From assembly GCA_964627035.1 (NCBI GenBank), contig CAZVKN010000002.1, positions 11,206-75,205 of the forward strand: a stretch of 64,000 nt of DNA, written 5' to 3'. Origin of the DNA: an uncultured bacterium. Its GTDB lineage: Bacteria; Electryoneota; AABM5-125-24; Hatepunaeales; Hatepunaeaceae. Below the pieces are notes generated by a model. It ran no database searches and was not told where the DNA came from. It saw only the letters and a list, made by a program, of their open reading frames with translations. Positions 37,560 to 46,320 of the stretch are shown in pieces; within the stretch, counting starts at the first letter, position 1; every line of letters starts with the position of its first letter. Both the position numbers and the translations under genes were made by a program.

Positions 37560-38657
37560 ATGAAATTCAAAATTCAACTCCTCTTACTATTTGCATTACC
37601 GGTCGTCTTCACCGGCTGCATTGAGCATACCTACAATCTCCGGGTGATTCAGGATCATTTTAACCTGACCTACGAAGCGCGAGGTGATCGCATGGACCTG
37701 CAGGACGGTCGTGAGCTGTTCCCCGATTCACTGGTGTGGACGTCACACCGGCGCGAAGAACAGCAGGACGACGAGACAGTACATATCCTTGAAGCTTCTC
37801 TGCCGCCTCAACCGCTGGAGCGACTGAATCAGGTTTTGAACTGGAATCGCTCTACATCTGACACTGTTCATCTGACCCGAACTGCCGAATTGAAGAAGAA
37901 AGAGACTCTGTTCGGCAGCAATTGGAGCTTTGAGATGACCTTTTTTTCACGTCGGTTTGATGATTCCTACGGCAGTATCTGGGAACATGTGCCGGAGGAA
38001 TGCGGGGCGCTTGAAGATGATCAGGCAAAGGAAAACCTGACGGCAAAAGAAGTTGAACTGCTCGAAGACAAATTCGCACTCGGTATTCTGCAGTGGAACA
38101 AAGCCAGGTTTGAACGGCGGTTTGACAAGGTTTGGGCGAAGATCAAAGCGGTTCAACCCGACACGGTAATCTTTGACGATTCCATATTTGAAAAATCTAA
38201 AGTCGAATGGGAAAAACATCTTCACAAATTCCTCAGCAATCTTGAGATTAATGATCCGACTGTGGTTGATCTGAATTGGTGGGATGAAACCAGAACTATC
38301 TTCGTGGAAAAAATGACAGAAGCTACGGGTGATCAGTTAAAGAGCGAAATTGCCAACATCAGCGATGCTCTTGAAAATGAGTATCAGATAACAAAAGACC
38401 TCGAAGATGACCGTTTTAACTTTAAGGTTGACCTGCCGGGAAGCGTCACTGAGAGTAGCGGAACTGAGGAAAACGGTTGGCTGGTTTGGAGCTTCAACGG
38501 AAGGGATCTGCTGAACGAAAACCAGACATTGTCTGCAATTTCATTCAAGCCGTCCGTATGGAAGATCGGAGTCGCCGCATTTGTGGCTATTGTCCTGCTG
38601 AACTTCCTGAGACGGGGTTTTAGAGGCAGGAAAAAGGTGGAGCTGAAATTCCATTAG
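37560..38657 (+). CDS. Hypothetical lipoprotein with a C-terminal TM anchor
   Basis: MKFKIQLLLLFALPVVFTGC lipobox. C-terminal hydrophobic helix VAAFVAIVLLNFL. Confidence 0.45.
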   Translation: MKFKIQLLLLFALPVVFTGCIEHTYNLRVIQDHFNLTYEARGDRMDLQDGRELFPDSLVWTSHRREEQQDDETVHILEASLPPQPLERLNQVLNWNRSTSDTVHLTRTAELKKKETLFGSNWSFEMTFFSRRFDDSYGSIWEHVPEECGALEDDQAKENLTAKEVELLEDKFALGILQWNKARFERRFDKVWAKIKAVQPDTVIFDDSIFEKSKVEWEKHLHKFLSNLEINDPTVVDLNWWDETRTIFVEKMTEATGDQLKSEIANISDALENEYQITKDLEDDRFNFKVDLPGSVTESSGTEENGWLVWSFNGRDLLNENQTLSAISFKPSVWKIGVAAFVAIVLLNFLRRGFRGRKKVELKFH

Positions 38658-38751
38658 ATGACACCGTAGTCGGGGTTGAGGACAACCCCGACTACAGTTT
38701 TCACACTCCTAACGACGTCGAGTTTGGAACAACACCGGGTTTTTTGATGTA

Positions 38752-38835
38752 TCCGCTGTCAACCCGTTGTGGTTGACAGCACAACTTTTGTAATATCAAT
38801 ATGATAGCTGTCAGGTGCGGCGACCTGACAGCGGG
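38752..38835. repeat. Double-hairpin repeat element, copy 2
   Basis: CCGCTGTCAACCCGTTGTGGTTGACAGC ... GCTGTCAGGTGCGGCGACCTGACAGCGG. Confidence 0.85.
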
Positions 38836-38861
38836 TTCTTCATATTCAGTAGTTTATCGTC

Positions 38862-39896
38862 TCATTTGGTGTACATTATCCTCTGAACCGCCGTCTCGCC
38901 TCCCCCATTTAGTTGCAGAAAATATGATCCTGCCGGGAAGTTTCCGGCACTGAAATTCATCTCATCAGAACCGTTACCGACTCCTGACTCGATTGTTGAC
39001 ATCAATCTGCCTGTTACATCAAGTAGTGAGATTGAGTACGGCTCACCTTTTTGTACCGAGAAGCTGAAGCGTGTCTGACTGTTGAACGGATTCGGGTAAG
39101 CCGGATTTAGCACAACTGCTGTCGGTATGTATCCCGATGGTGTCAATGTTGTCCGGACACCGAGAGGATCAGCGATCACAACCCGAAATGTGAAGTTGAA
39201 CCCGATGTCCTCTCCGAGGTCACCAAAATTCATATCAATCATCCGCGACCACTCTTCATCCTCGCCGTTCCAGAATATGCTGCGGTTGGTCGGATGCTCC
39301 TGCCCGTCATCAGAAATAATTGCCAGACTGTCTCTCTCATCATCGAGGATTGCGTTTACACCGACATGAAAATCAACCTCGTCATTAAATGAGATCTCCA
39401 GATCGGTAAAATCAATGACATTCCATACCGGGACTATGGTCACCGAATCATCCTGACCTGCTATCTCATCGCTAAACAGAATATCATCAAAAGCGATATT
39501 GATCGAGTCTATCAACTCGCCGGGGTAGCCCTCTTCCCTGTTCTGTTCTCCACTCTGCCAAACATGTACACTCATACCCGGCGTTCCCTGCTCACCGAAC
39601 AGGTAAAAGATGGGAATATGCGCCTCTACAATTGTAAATGGAGCGAACGGAGGTGTATAGCGGACGTTGAAATGGGAGTCCCCCAATTCATCAATGTCAG
39701 GAATTGTCCAAAAGAATGAGGTAATCATCGGATCACCATAGTACAGCGTTGTATCACCTTCATCTATTCCTGTGATTCTGTCGCTTTTCTCGCCTATGTA
39801 ATCTGGATTTTCGACCCGGCGGGCACTCCGCTCTGCCGAAAGTGCGGAAGTTATAAAAAGAGCCAATGATACAAGTATGATAAAAGTTGTTCGCAT
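38862..39896 (-). CDS. T9SS C-terminal-domain (Por_Secre_tail) secreted protein, hypothetical
   Basis: Signal peptide. C-terminus YPNPFNSQTRFSFSV...SYFLQLNGGGETAVQRIMYTK. Confidence 0.7.
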   Translation of the reverse strand: MRTTFIILVSLALFITSALSAERSARRVENPDYIGEKSDRITGIDEGDTTLYYGDPMITSFFWTIPDIDELGDSHFNVRYTPPFAPFTIVEAHIPIFYLFGEQGTPGMSVHVWQSGEQNREEGYPGELIDSINIAFDDILFSDEIAGQDDSVTIVPVWNVIDFTDLEISFNDEVDFHVGVNAILDDERDSLAIISDDGQEHPTNRSIFWNGEDEEWSRMIDMNFGDLGEDIGFNFTFRVVIADPLGVRTTLTPSGYIPTAVVLNPAYPNPFNSQTRFSFSVQKGEPYSISLLDVTGRLMSTIESGVGNGSDEMNFSAGNFPAGSYFLQLNGGGETAVQRIMYTK

Positions 39897-40004
39897 TGAG
39901 ATTACTCCGTTCAGATTTAATTCACGTTTCTACTAAATATAAAACGAAGTGAAGAACCTGTCAATAGAGGATAGATTCTTCACTTCGTTTATCTATACTG
40001 TCGG

Positions 40005-40055
40005 GGAGGATGGACATTCCTGTCCATCCTGCAGTGACAGGAATGTCACTGCTCC
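40005..40055. repeat. Tandem GACATTCCTGTC-core palindromic hairpins
   Basis: GGAGGATGGACATTCCTGTCCATCC-TGCAG-TGACAGGAATGTCACTGCTCC. Confidence 0.8.
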
Positions 40056-40095
40056 AGTTCTCACTGTTGTCAGCTCGCCGCCGCTGACGGCTTAA

Positions 40096-43000
40096 CTAGC
40101 GCAGCAACACTACCTTTCGTGTCAAATGCCTGCCGGATGCGCTGACTCTGATGAGATAGACACCGCTTGCAATGTCAGCAGCCTGAATTGACAGTGTATG
40201 CCTGCCTGCGCTGTAGCGTCCCTCAGCAATCGTGCGAACGGAGCGTCCGGTAAGGTCGTACAGTGCTGCTGTCACAAAGCCACTTTCAGACAAGTTTATC
40301 GGTATGATGGTCACCGCATTGAACGGATTCGGATACGGCTGACCGATTTCAAATGTCTGTGGAATCACGGCTTCATCAGAGACAGACTGCGGATCACCAA
40401 TCGCAAGAATGATCGGTATTTCAACCGTTCCACCCCGTCCATCTGTATTAAAGACAAGTGTTGAATTTAGACTGATGTCATTCTCCAAACCTATACCACT
40501 GAACGACAGCTCAAGACTACTTTCTCCATCCGGCTCAAGGCTGCCTTCTACTGCTGAGACAATGCTGATCCAATCGGTCGGGCTCTCGATGTTACACACG
40601 CGGATCAAGCGTTCATCACCGTTCTGTACCATGCCGATCAGGTTGATTTGCATCGGGCTGTAGCTGTCAGTTACACTGAGCCCGTCACCCAATATCTCGT
40701 TTTCAGCAGCGGCAACCGAGGACACATATTCCACCTCGCCGCTGGTCGGATCCGCGCGGTATATGTCGAGATCCCCCGCCTGCAATCCCGCTGAGATAAT
40801 CAGATCGTAATCACTGTCAGGATCGTCGTACCATGCCAATCCACGTATGGTAATATCCCCGCTGTCAATGACATTGAGCATGTTTCCTTCAGCATCAATC
40901 AGCAAGGGTAACTCATCGTCCTTGCCAACCCAGATATTGCCGTCATTATCAATCGCAAGACATTTGTTCGGGTTAAAGGGACCGTCAATTCGATCAGCAA
41001 TCTCACCTTCGAGGGTCAGTTTGTAGATGGTCGCATTTGAGCTTCCGTATAAATACTCACCGTCCCAGGCGAGGTCATACAGTCCTACACCTGAAATCTC
41101 ATCAGGGAGAACTCTGCTTTCAACTATGTTCCCGTTCCGTGCGATCTTGTAAATATAGTTCGGATCACCGTTGTTGTTGCCTCCGGCAACATAGAAATGA
41201 TCTTCCACAAGCACCACACCCTTCAACCGTCGGTCATCGCTGTTAACGGCATGATCCGCAATGGTTTCAAACAGATCTAAAAAGTCAAGCTCTGCACTCC
41301 AGCGCAGCGGTCCGTTACCGCTGTTGCTGAATGTGAACTCGCGACCGGTAGAATCGTCAACCTCCATCTGCAGGCTCATCCAGGCTGAATCCGAAACGAA
41401 TTGGCTGAATCGCAGTGCAAAGTTAACCTCTGCGGTATCATCCACCGGGACATTGATGACCTGACTCATCGTCAGCCAACCGTCAATTTGGGCGGTCAGA
41501 GTCCGTTCACCAGCCGGAGATGATTCGATCATGAAATTCCCGTCGGCATCGCTGAAGGTGATTATCCGAAAACCGTTGATTGACAGATGCACACCCTCTA
41601 CCGCCTCACCGGAAGCGAAATCTGTGACCTGTCCTCTGATCGCTCCGACATCACCTTCGATTATAAAACTGCCAAAATCGGGAATGGAGTTCCGCTCGTA
41701 AATCCCCCAGAAAAGCTCAATCGGCTCATCGAGCGGACCATCCAGTTCCAGCTCCACCAGCCCGTCAGCGTCACTCTCCCCGACATAGTATATCGCATCA
41801 TCCTCGCTGCGGACGCAAAGCCTTGCACCTTCGACAGGCTCCTCTTCCGCTGAGATCGTTGCTCTGATAACATCCTGTCCGACGGCGATTTCACCGTCAA
41901 AGTCCACCACAAGCTGCTCAGGCTGTTGGATGCGATACTCCAGCGCAGGATCACCGAGCCAGATGTAAGCGCGGGTGTTCATCCGACCGATGACGGGATA
42001 AGCACCGTTCCTATGCACATTATCAAAAAAAGGCACCATCTGAGCCATAGTCCAAACAGCATTATACCCCAGATCGAAATTCCCTTCATCGAACCATCCA
42101 CGAAACAGTGTTGAATCAAAAAAATGATTCCCGCTGGTGTATGTTGATATCACACTTCCATGAGCAGAGACAGAAGCCCCATTCCAATGTTTCTGAAATT
42201 TCTCAATCAGACAGTCGGTGAAATATGTCGCGATGTTTGCGTTCAGACAGGCTGATGAGACGTAGATGAACGGACGATTACGGTTAGCCATTCTGTTAAC
42301 AAGAGCACCGTTGATATTCTGACCCTGTCGCCAACCGACTCCTCCTGCTGCATTACCGTGCCCTCGATAGTTAAAGAACCCAATGCCCGCTTCGTTGATG
42401 TTCTCAATGATGTCATCGTTATCTACGTCATCAATACCGTAAAGCTCAGTCCACTCAGGACGAGGGAAAAGATATTCGTAGGTCGCAACTCTACGCTTGC
42501 ATTCAATATAGTGCCGCTCACCATCTTCAAGCTCTCGATGTCCCACCAGAATTGCTCGTTCCAGCCATTCGCTGTCATCCTGATCTTCAAATGACCACAT
42601 AAGATAGTCCATCAGCTTGTCAACCTGAACCTCCAACTCTCCAAGCTCATCTCGCTCATAGGTCAATCTTCCAACTGCCAGCTCAAGCAGATGATCGTCG
42701 TACCGGTCACCATCGCGAAACTCGACTTGCTCATCGAGACAGCAGTACCAGTTGTCACTGTGTGAGGAGACAGGTACGGGATCTTGCCAGCCGGGATCTT
42801 CCGGATCCCAAAAGAACATCGGGACATGATGATCGTCTTCGTCGCCGTCACCGATGATGAACAGGTACTCAAGCCCATCCTCAAAGCGGTCGCGAATTTC
42901 ATCGCGAATGTCTTCCGGTTCGATTTCGTCATCAACCAGCCACACATCAGCCCGTAAGCCCGTGTTATGATGGAAGTCTATAAGCGGTTGAGCGACTTCC

Positions 43001-43782
43001 TGCGCATCTTCCTGCATGACAAACAGCATCCTCACGGGTTCGATTTCATCGGCATCGAGCTGTCTCGGATCCGGTGGATTGAGCAGTGCGGTTTGATGCA
43101 ACTTGTTCATCCGACTGCTTGGATAGCGTGATCGGACGATGTTTTGGACATTCCCCGGCACAAAGTCAATGCGGACAGTGATGCTGCTCGCAACCTCCAA
43201 CTGCTGATATGCAGGGACATACCGGATCGGTGCTACCGACATTCCGGTGACGTAAACCCCGCCCCACCCCTCGGCTCTGCCTACATAGGAGTTCTCAGAT
43301 GGAGTCGGTTGATTTGACTTATAGGCGTCAAACGATTTCTGAAACGGTGGTGGTGGTGATCCATCATCACGGCGAGGTGTCTGTTTGGGGTATAGATTGA
43401 ACTGTCCTGCATCCACCCAGTTTACGCTGACTATCTCAGCGGTGGCTTGGGTTCCATCAGGTAATCGGATCATCTCACTCAGAAATGGAATTTCCGGCGC
43501 ACCGATAGCTCCGGAACCGTAGAAAGAGGAACCGTTGAACGAAATCCGGTGGAACTTCTCAGCGTCAGCCTGAACAGTCCTGACGAAAAAGCCGCTGATA
43601 TCCCACCTGACCAACAGATGCGACTCATCCTGCTCAAGCAGTGTTAACTGAGGTGTTGCCGGCTTGGGGTCTCCGTTTAAGGGATGCCATGCAGGTGCAG
43701 CCGTAAGAGTAGTAACTGACAAAACTGCCACCACTACAGCGGTTAAAAACACTCTGTGAATAAATAAACTGTTTTCATTCAT
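40096..43782 (-). CDS. Peptidase C25 (gingipain-like) family protein with a T9SS C-terminal sorting domain
   Basis: Signal peptide from MNENSLF... NYRGHGN (catalytic His motif) and VSSACLNAN (Cys). C-terminal YPNPFNAVTIIPINL...SGVYLIRVSASGRHLTRKVVLLR. Confidence 0.6.
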   Translation of the reverse strand: MNENSLFIHRVFLTAVVVAVLSVTTLTAAPAWHPLNGDPKPATPQLTLLEQDESHLLVRWDISGFFVRTVQADAEKFHRISFNGSSFYGSGAIGAPEIPFLSEMIRLPDGTQATAEIVSVNWVDAGQFNLYPKQTPRRDDGSPPPPFQKSFDAYKSNQPTPSENSYVGRAEGWGGVYVTGMSVAPIRYVPAYQQLEVASSITVRIDFVPGNVQNIVRSRYPSSRMNKLHQTALLNPPDPRQLDADEIEPVRMLFVMQEDAQEVAQPLIDFHHNTGLRADVWLVDDEIEPEDIRDEIRDRFEDGLEYLFIIGDGDEDDHHVPMFFWDPEDPGWQDPVPVSSHSDNWYCCLDEQVEFRDGDRYDDHLLELAVGRLTYERDELGELEVQVDKLMDYLMWSFEDQDDSEWLERAILVGHRELEDGERHYIECKRRVATYEYLFPRPEWTELYGIDDVDNDDIIENINEAGIGFFNYRGHGNAAGGVGWRQGQNINGALVNRMANRNRPFIYVSSACLNANIATYFTDCLIEKFQKHWNGASVSAHGSVISTYTSGNHFFDSTLFRGWFDEGNFDLGYNAVWTMAQMVPFFDNVHRNGAYPVIGRMNTRAYIWLGDPALEYRIQQPEQLVVDFDGEIAVGQDVIRATISAEEEPVEGARLCVRSEDDAIYYVGESDADGLVELELDGPLDEPIELFWGIYERNSIPDFGSFIIEGDVGAIRGQVTDFASGEAVEGVHLSINGFRIITFSDADGNFMIESSPAGERTLTAQIDGWLTMSQVINVPVDDTAEVNFALRFSQFVSDSAWMSLQMEVDDSTGREFTFSNSGNGPLRWSAELDFLDLFETIADHAVNSDDRRLKGVVLVEDHFYVAGGNNNGDPNYIYKIARNGNIVESRVLPDEISGVGLYDLAWDGEYLYGSSNATIYKLTLEGEIADRIDGPFNPNKCLAIDNDGNIWVGKDDELPLLIDAEGNMLNVIDSGDITIRGLAWYDDPDSDYDLIISAGLQAGDLDIYRADPTSGEVEYVSSVAAAENEILGDGLSVTDSYSPMQINLIGMVQNGDERLIRVCNIESPTDWISIVSAVEGSLEPDGESSLELSFSGIGLENDISLNSTLVFNTDGRGGTVEIPIILAIGDPQSVSDEAVIPQTFEIGQPYPNPFNAVTIIPINLSESGFVTAALYDLTGRSVRTIAEGRYSAGRHTLSIQAADIASGVYLIRVSASGRHLTRKVVLLR

Positions 43783-43839
43783 GATTAAACCTTTACCTTC
43801 GTCACACTGCTGCAACATGGGTAGATGGACTGAAAATTT

Positions 43840-43905
43840 GTCATTCCGAACTTGATCCGGAATCTCCTATATATCGTTGGAGATTCCTGCTTTCGCAGGA
43901 ATGAC
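43840..43905. repeat. Pair of ATTCCN-N8-NGGAAT palindromes (GTCATTCCGAACTTGATCCGGAATC; GATTCCTGCTTTCGCAGGAATGAC)
   Basis: Same architecture as the motifs at 51541, 54941, 55791, 57273 and 57324. Confidence 0.75.
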
Positions 43906-44025
43906 CGCTTGTTTCCTGCTGTCAACCGCGGCGGGTTGACAACGGAGACTCTGGCAATTGGGACATTAAGAGATACGAACCGTGCTCCTGCTATATTTGT
44001 TACGGTTCAGGGCAGATTTACGCCT

Positions 44026-45756
44026 CTAACCTATCTCAATCTCGTCACCCTTATACAGGAATCGCTTGACCTTGCGGGTTGAGGTTTTCTGGAACTCCTC
44101 TTCAACGATTCTAAACCGTCGTACCCGTTTGTAATCAGCTATGTCCTGCTGAGTTTCGGTGATTTCCCCCTTGATGAGTTCATAAATGTCCTTATCAGAC
44201 GGTTTCTGATCTAGCGCTTCATAGTGCAGATCAACCTGCTCATAATCAGGATTTATCAGTGCGATGATTTCCTCACCATACCCTGACTCGCGCGGTTTGC
44301 CGAGAACCAGCGATTCAGCGATGAATTTGCTCTGATTCAGGTAATGTTCCACTTCCTCAGGATAGACATTCTTCCCACCACCTGTCACCAGCATGTTCTT
44401 TTCTCGACCCATGATCTGCAAGTATCCATCGGGATGAATCATACCAAGATCACCTGTCATGAAAAAGCCATCTTTATCCATCACCTCATCGGTAGCTTCC
44501 TGATTCTGGTAGTAACCCATAAAAATGTTCGGTCCTTTTACGCATACTTCACCGATCCCCTGTTTGTTCTTGTTTATGAGCTTACATTCAACATCGGGAA
44601 TGTTAGGACCAACTGTTATATCGCGGGTTTTCCAAGGAGGGCTAAGATGTGTTATAGGGCTGGTTTCTGTTAGACCGTATCCCTGTAACATTGTAATACC
44701 GAGACGATTGAAGAATCTATATGTAGTCGGATCAAGCGGACCACCACCACTCGCAAATATCTTTACCGTACCAAATCCTGCTTTTTCACGCAGACCCTTG
44801 AATATCTTCTTGCCAAGTTTTAATCCAATCTTTTCAGCAGCAGAAACCACACCATACATAGTGTTGAAAGCTTTCTCTTTACCTTTTTTACGAATACCGC
44901 GAAGAATGCCTGCGTGCATTTTCTCGTATAGCAGCGGAACTCCAACCATCAAGGTTACTTCTGTATCCTTAATGCCACTGACAATATCACTGCTTTTCAA
45001 GCTCTTTGCATATGTGACCGACGCCCCACAATACAAGGGCAGCAAAAATCCACATGTCGCTTCAAAAACGTGGTGCATGGGTAGTACAGAAAGAAACGTG
45101 TCTTCTGTCCCAACTGGAAACACTCTCGAACCTTGAGCTACGTTTGAGATGATATTGCGCTGACTCAGCATGACCCCTTTGCTGTGACCGGTTGTACCTG
45201 ATGTGTATAGAATAGCAGCAAGTTCGTCCAATTCACGCTTGGGGAATTTCACCTCAATATCACGTCCCTGTTGAATGACATTTTCTAAGAGAATAGTGTC
45301 ATTATCATCAGGAACTGCGTCGAAACAGACAATCTTTTCTAAGGTATCAATCTTAGCCATTTCATTAATCACTGACAGATACTGTCCGGAAACAAACAGG
45401 ATTTTTGTGCCGGAATTTGCCAGTATATGTCGAATACCGTTAGGCGGCATAAGCCTGTCAACCGGAACCACAACCGCTCCGGATGTCTGGACTCCGAGAT
45501 AGCAAAACGCCCATTCCGGACGATTCTCTCCAAGAACGGCAACACGGTCGCCTCGTTTGATCTCTTGACCTATTAGCCAGCGAGCAATACTATGAGCATT
45601 GTCTTTCACTTCGTCAAAGGTCAAGACCTCATAATCGTCATTAGCCCATCTACGCATTGCGGGATGAGGACCAAAGTCTTTCGCACTACGCTCTGCGAGT
45701 TCGCTTAACGGGAAAAGCCCTCTATCAGGGCGAAGATGTGATTCGTAATCAGCCAC
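44026..45756 (-). CDS. Long-chain-fatty-acid--CoA ligase (AMP-dependent synthetase)
   Basis: AMP-binding motif ILYTSGTTGHSKGVMLS. GYGLTETSP. TGDLG...GYLQIMGREKNML. Confidence 0.8.
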   Translation of the reverse strand: MADYESHLRPDRGLFPLSELAERSAKDFGPHPAMRRWANDDYEVLTFDEVKDNAHSIARWLIGQEIKRGDRVAVLGENRPEWAFCYLGVQTSGAVVVPVDRLMPPNGIRHILANSGTKILFVSGQYLSVINEMAKIDTLEKIVCFDAVPDDNDTILLENVIQQGRDIEVKFPKRELDELAAILYTSGTTGHSKGVMLSQRNIISNVAQGSRVFPVGTEDTFLSVLPMHHVFEATCGFLLPLYCGASVTYAKSLKSSDIVSGIKDTEVTLMVGVPLLYEKMHAGILRGIRKKGKEKAFNTMYGVVSAAEKIGLKLGKKIFKGLREKAGFGTVKIFASGGGPLDPTTYRFFNRLGITMLQGYGLTETSPITHLSPPWKTRDITVGPNIPDVECKLINKNKQGIGEVCVKGPNIFMGYYQNQEATDEVMDKDGFFMTGDLGMIHPDGYLQIMGREKNMLVTGGGKNVYPEEVEHYLNQSKFIAESLVLGKPRESGYGEEIIALINPDYEQVDLHYEALDQKPSDKDIYELIKGEITETQQDIADYKRVRRFRIVEEEFQKTSTRKVKRFLYKGDEIEIG

Positions 45757-45887
45757 AGGAACCTCACTGTGTTAAAGGATAGTTAGATAAAGTAATACGG
45801 AGGAGCAAGATTGTCAAGAGTGTAAGGGCTATTACGGTTAACAGTAGTATATAGAACCCATCCGTACAATAAAATAGTGCTGTTTCG

Positions 45888-45955
45888 CCACGAAGTACAC
45901 GAAGATCACGAAGAAGAGAAGAGAAAAGGCTTCATGATCTTCGTGGTGAGAGTCT
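45888..45955. repeat. CACGAAG-heptamer palindrome (GCCACGAAGTACACGAAGATCACGAAG ... CTTCGTGG)
   Basis: Related copies at 49169-49240, 58822-58850 and 13137-13218. Confidence 0.7.
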
Positions 45956-45987
45956 TCACTTCAGAGTCTGTCCGATAATGCGGGTAA

Positions 45988-46070
45988 CCGCTGTCAACCC
46001 GCTGCGGTTGACAGCCTAACTTATGGAATATCAATTAGGTGACTGTCAGGTGCGGCGACCTGACAGCGGA
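45988..46070. repeat. Double-hairpin repeat element, copy 3
   Basis: CCGCTGTCAACCCGCTGCGGTTGACAGC ... CTGTCAGGTGCGGCGACCTGACAGCGG. Confidence 0.85.
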
Positions 46071-46089
46071 CTATTGGTATTACAGGACA

Positions 46090-46145
46090 GACTCTTCTGC
46101 GTGTCTTCCTCGCACACAGGCTGAAGCCTGAACTCTGAACACAGA
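46090..46145. repeat. About 45-bp direct repeat (copy A) of GCGTGT..CACAGGCTGAAGCCTGAACTCTGAACACA; partner at 62745-62800
   Basis: The 29-bp core is 27/29 identical between the two copies, in the same orientation, about 16.7 kb apart. Confidence 0.7.
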
Positions 46146-46320
46146 ATAGCGAGGAAACTTAAAATAGTCCTCCCAATCTGGCTAACTCACTTGCAAACTT
46201 GCTAACTTTTTCACTTTATTACTTCTTACTACTGTGACTATGTGAATAAACTTTGAAAATTTTGATATTGGTAACCATATATTTTGGTAAAAGCGAATCA
46301 CTAACTTATGGAGAAGAAAC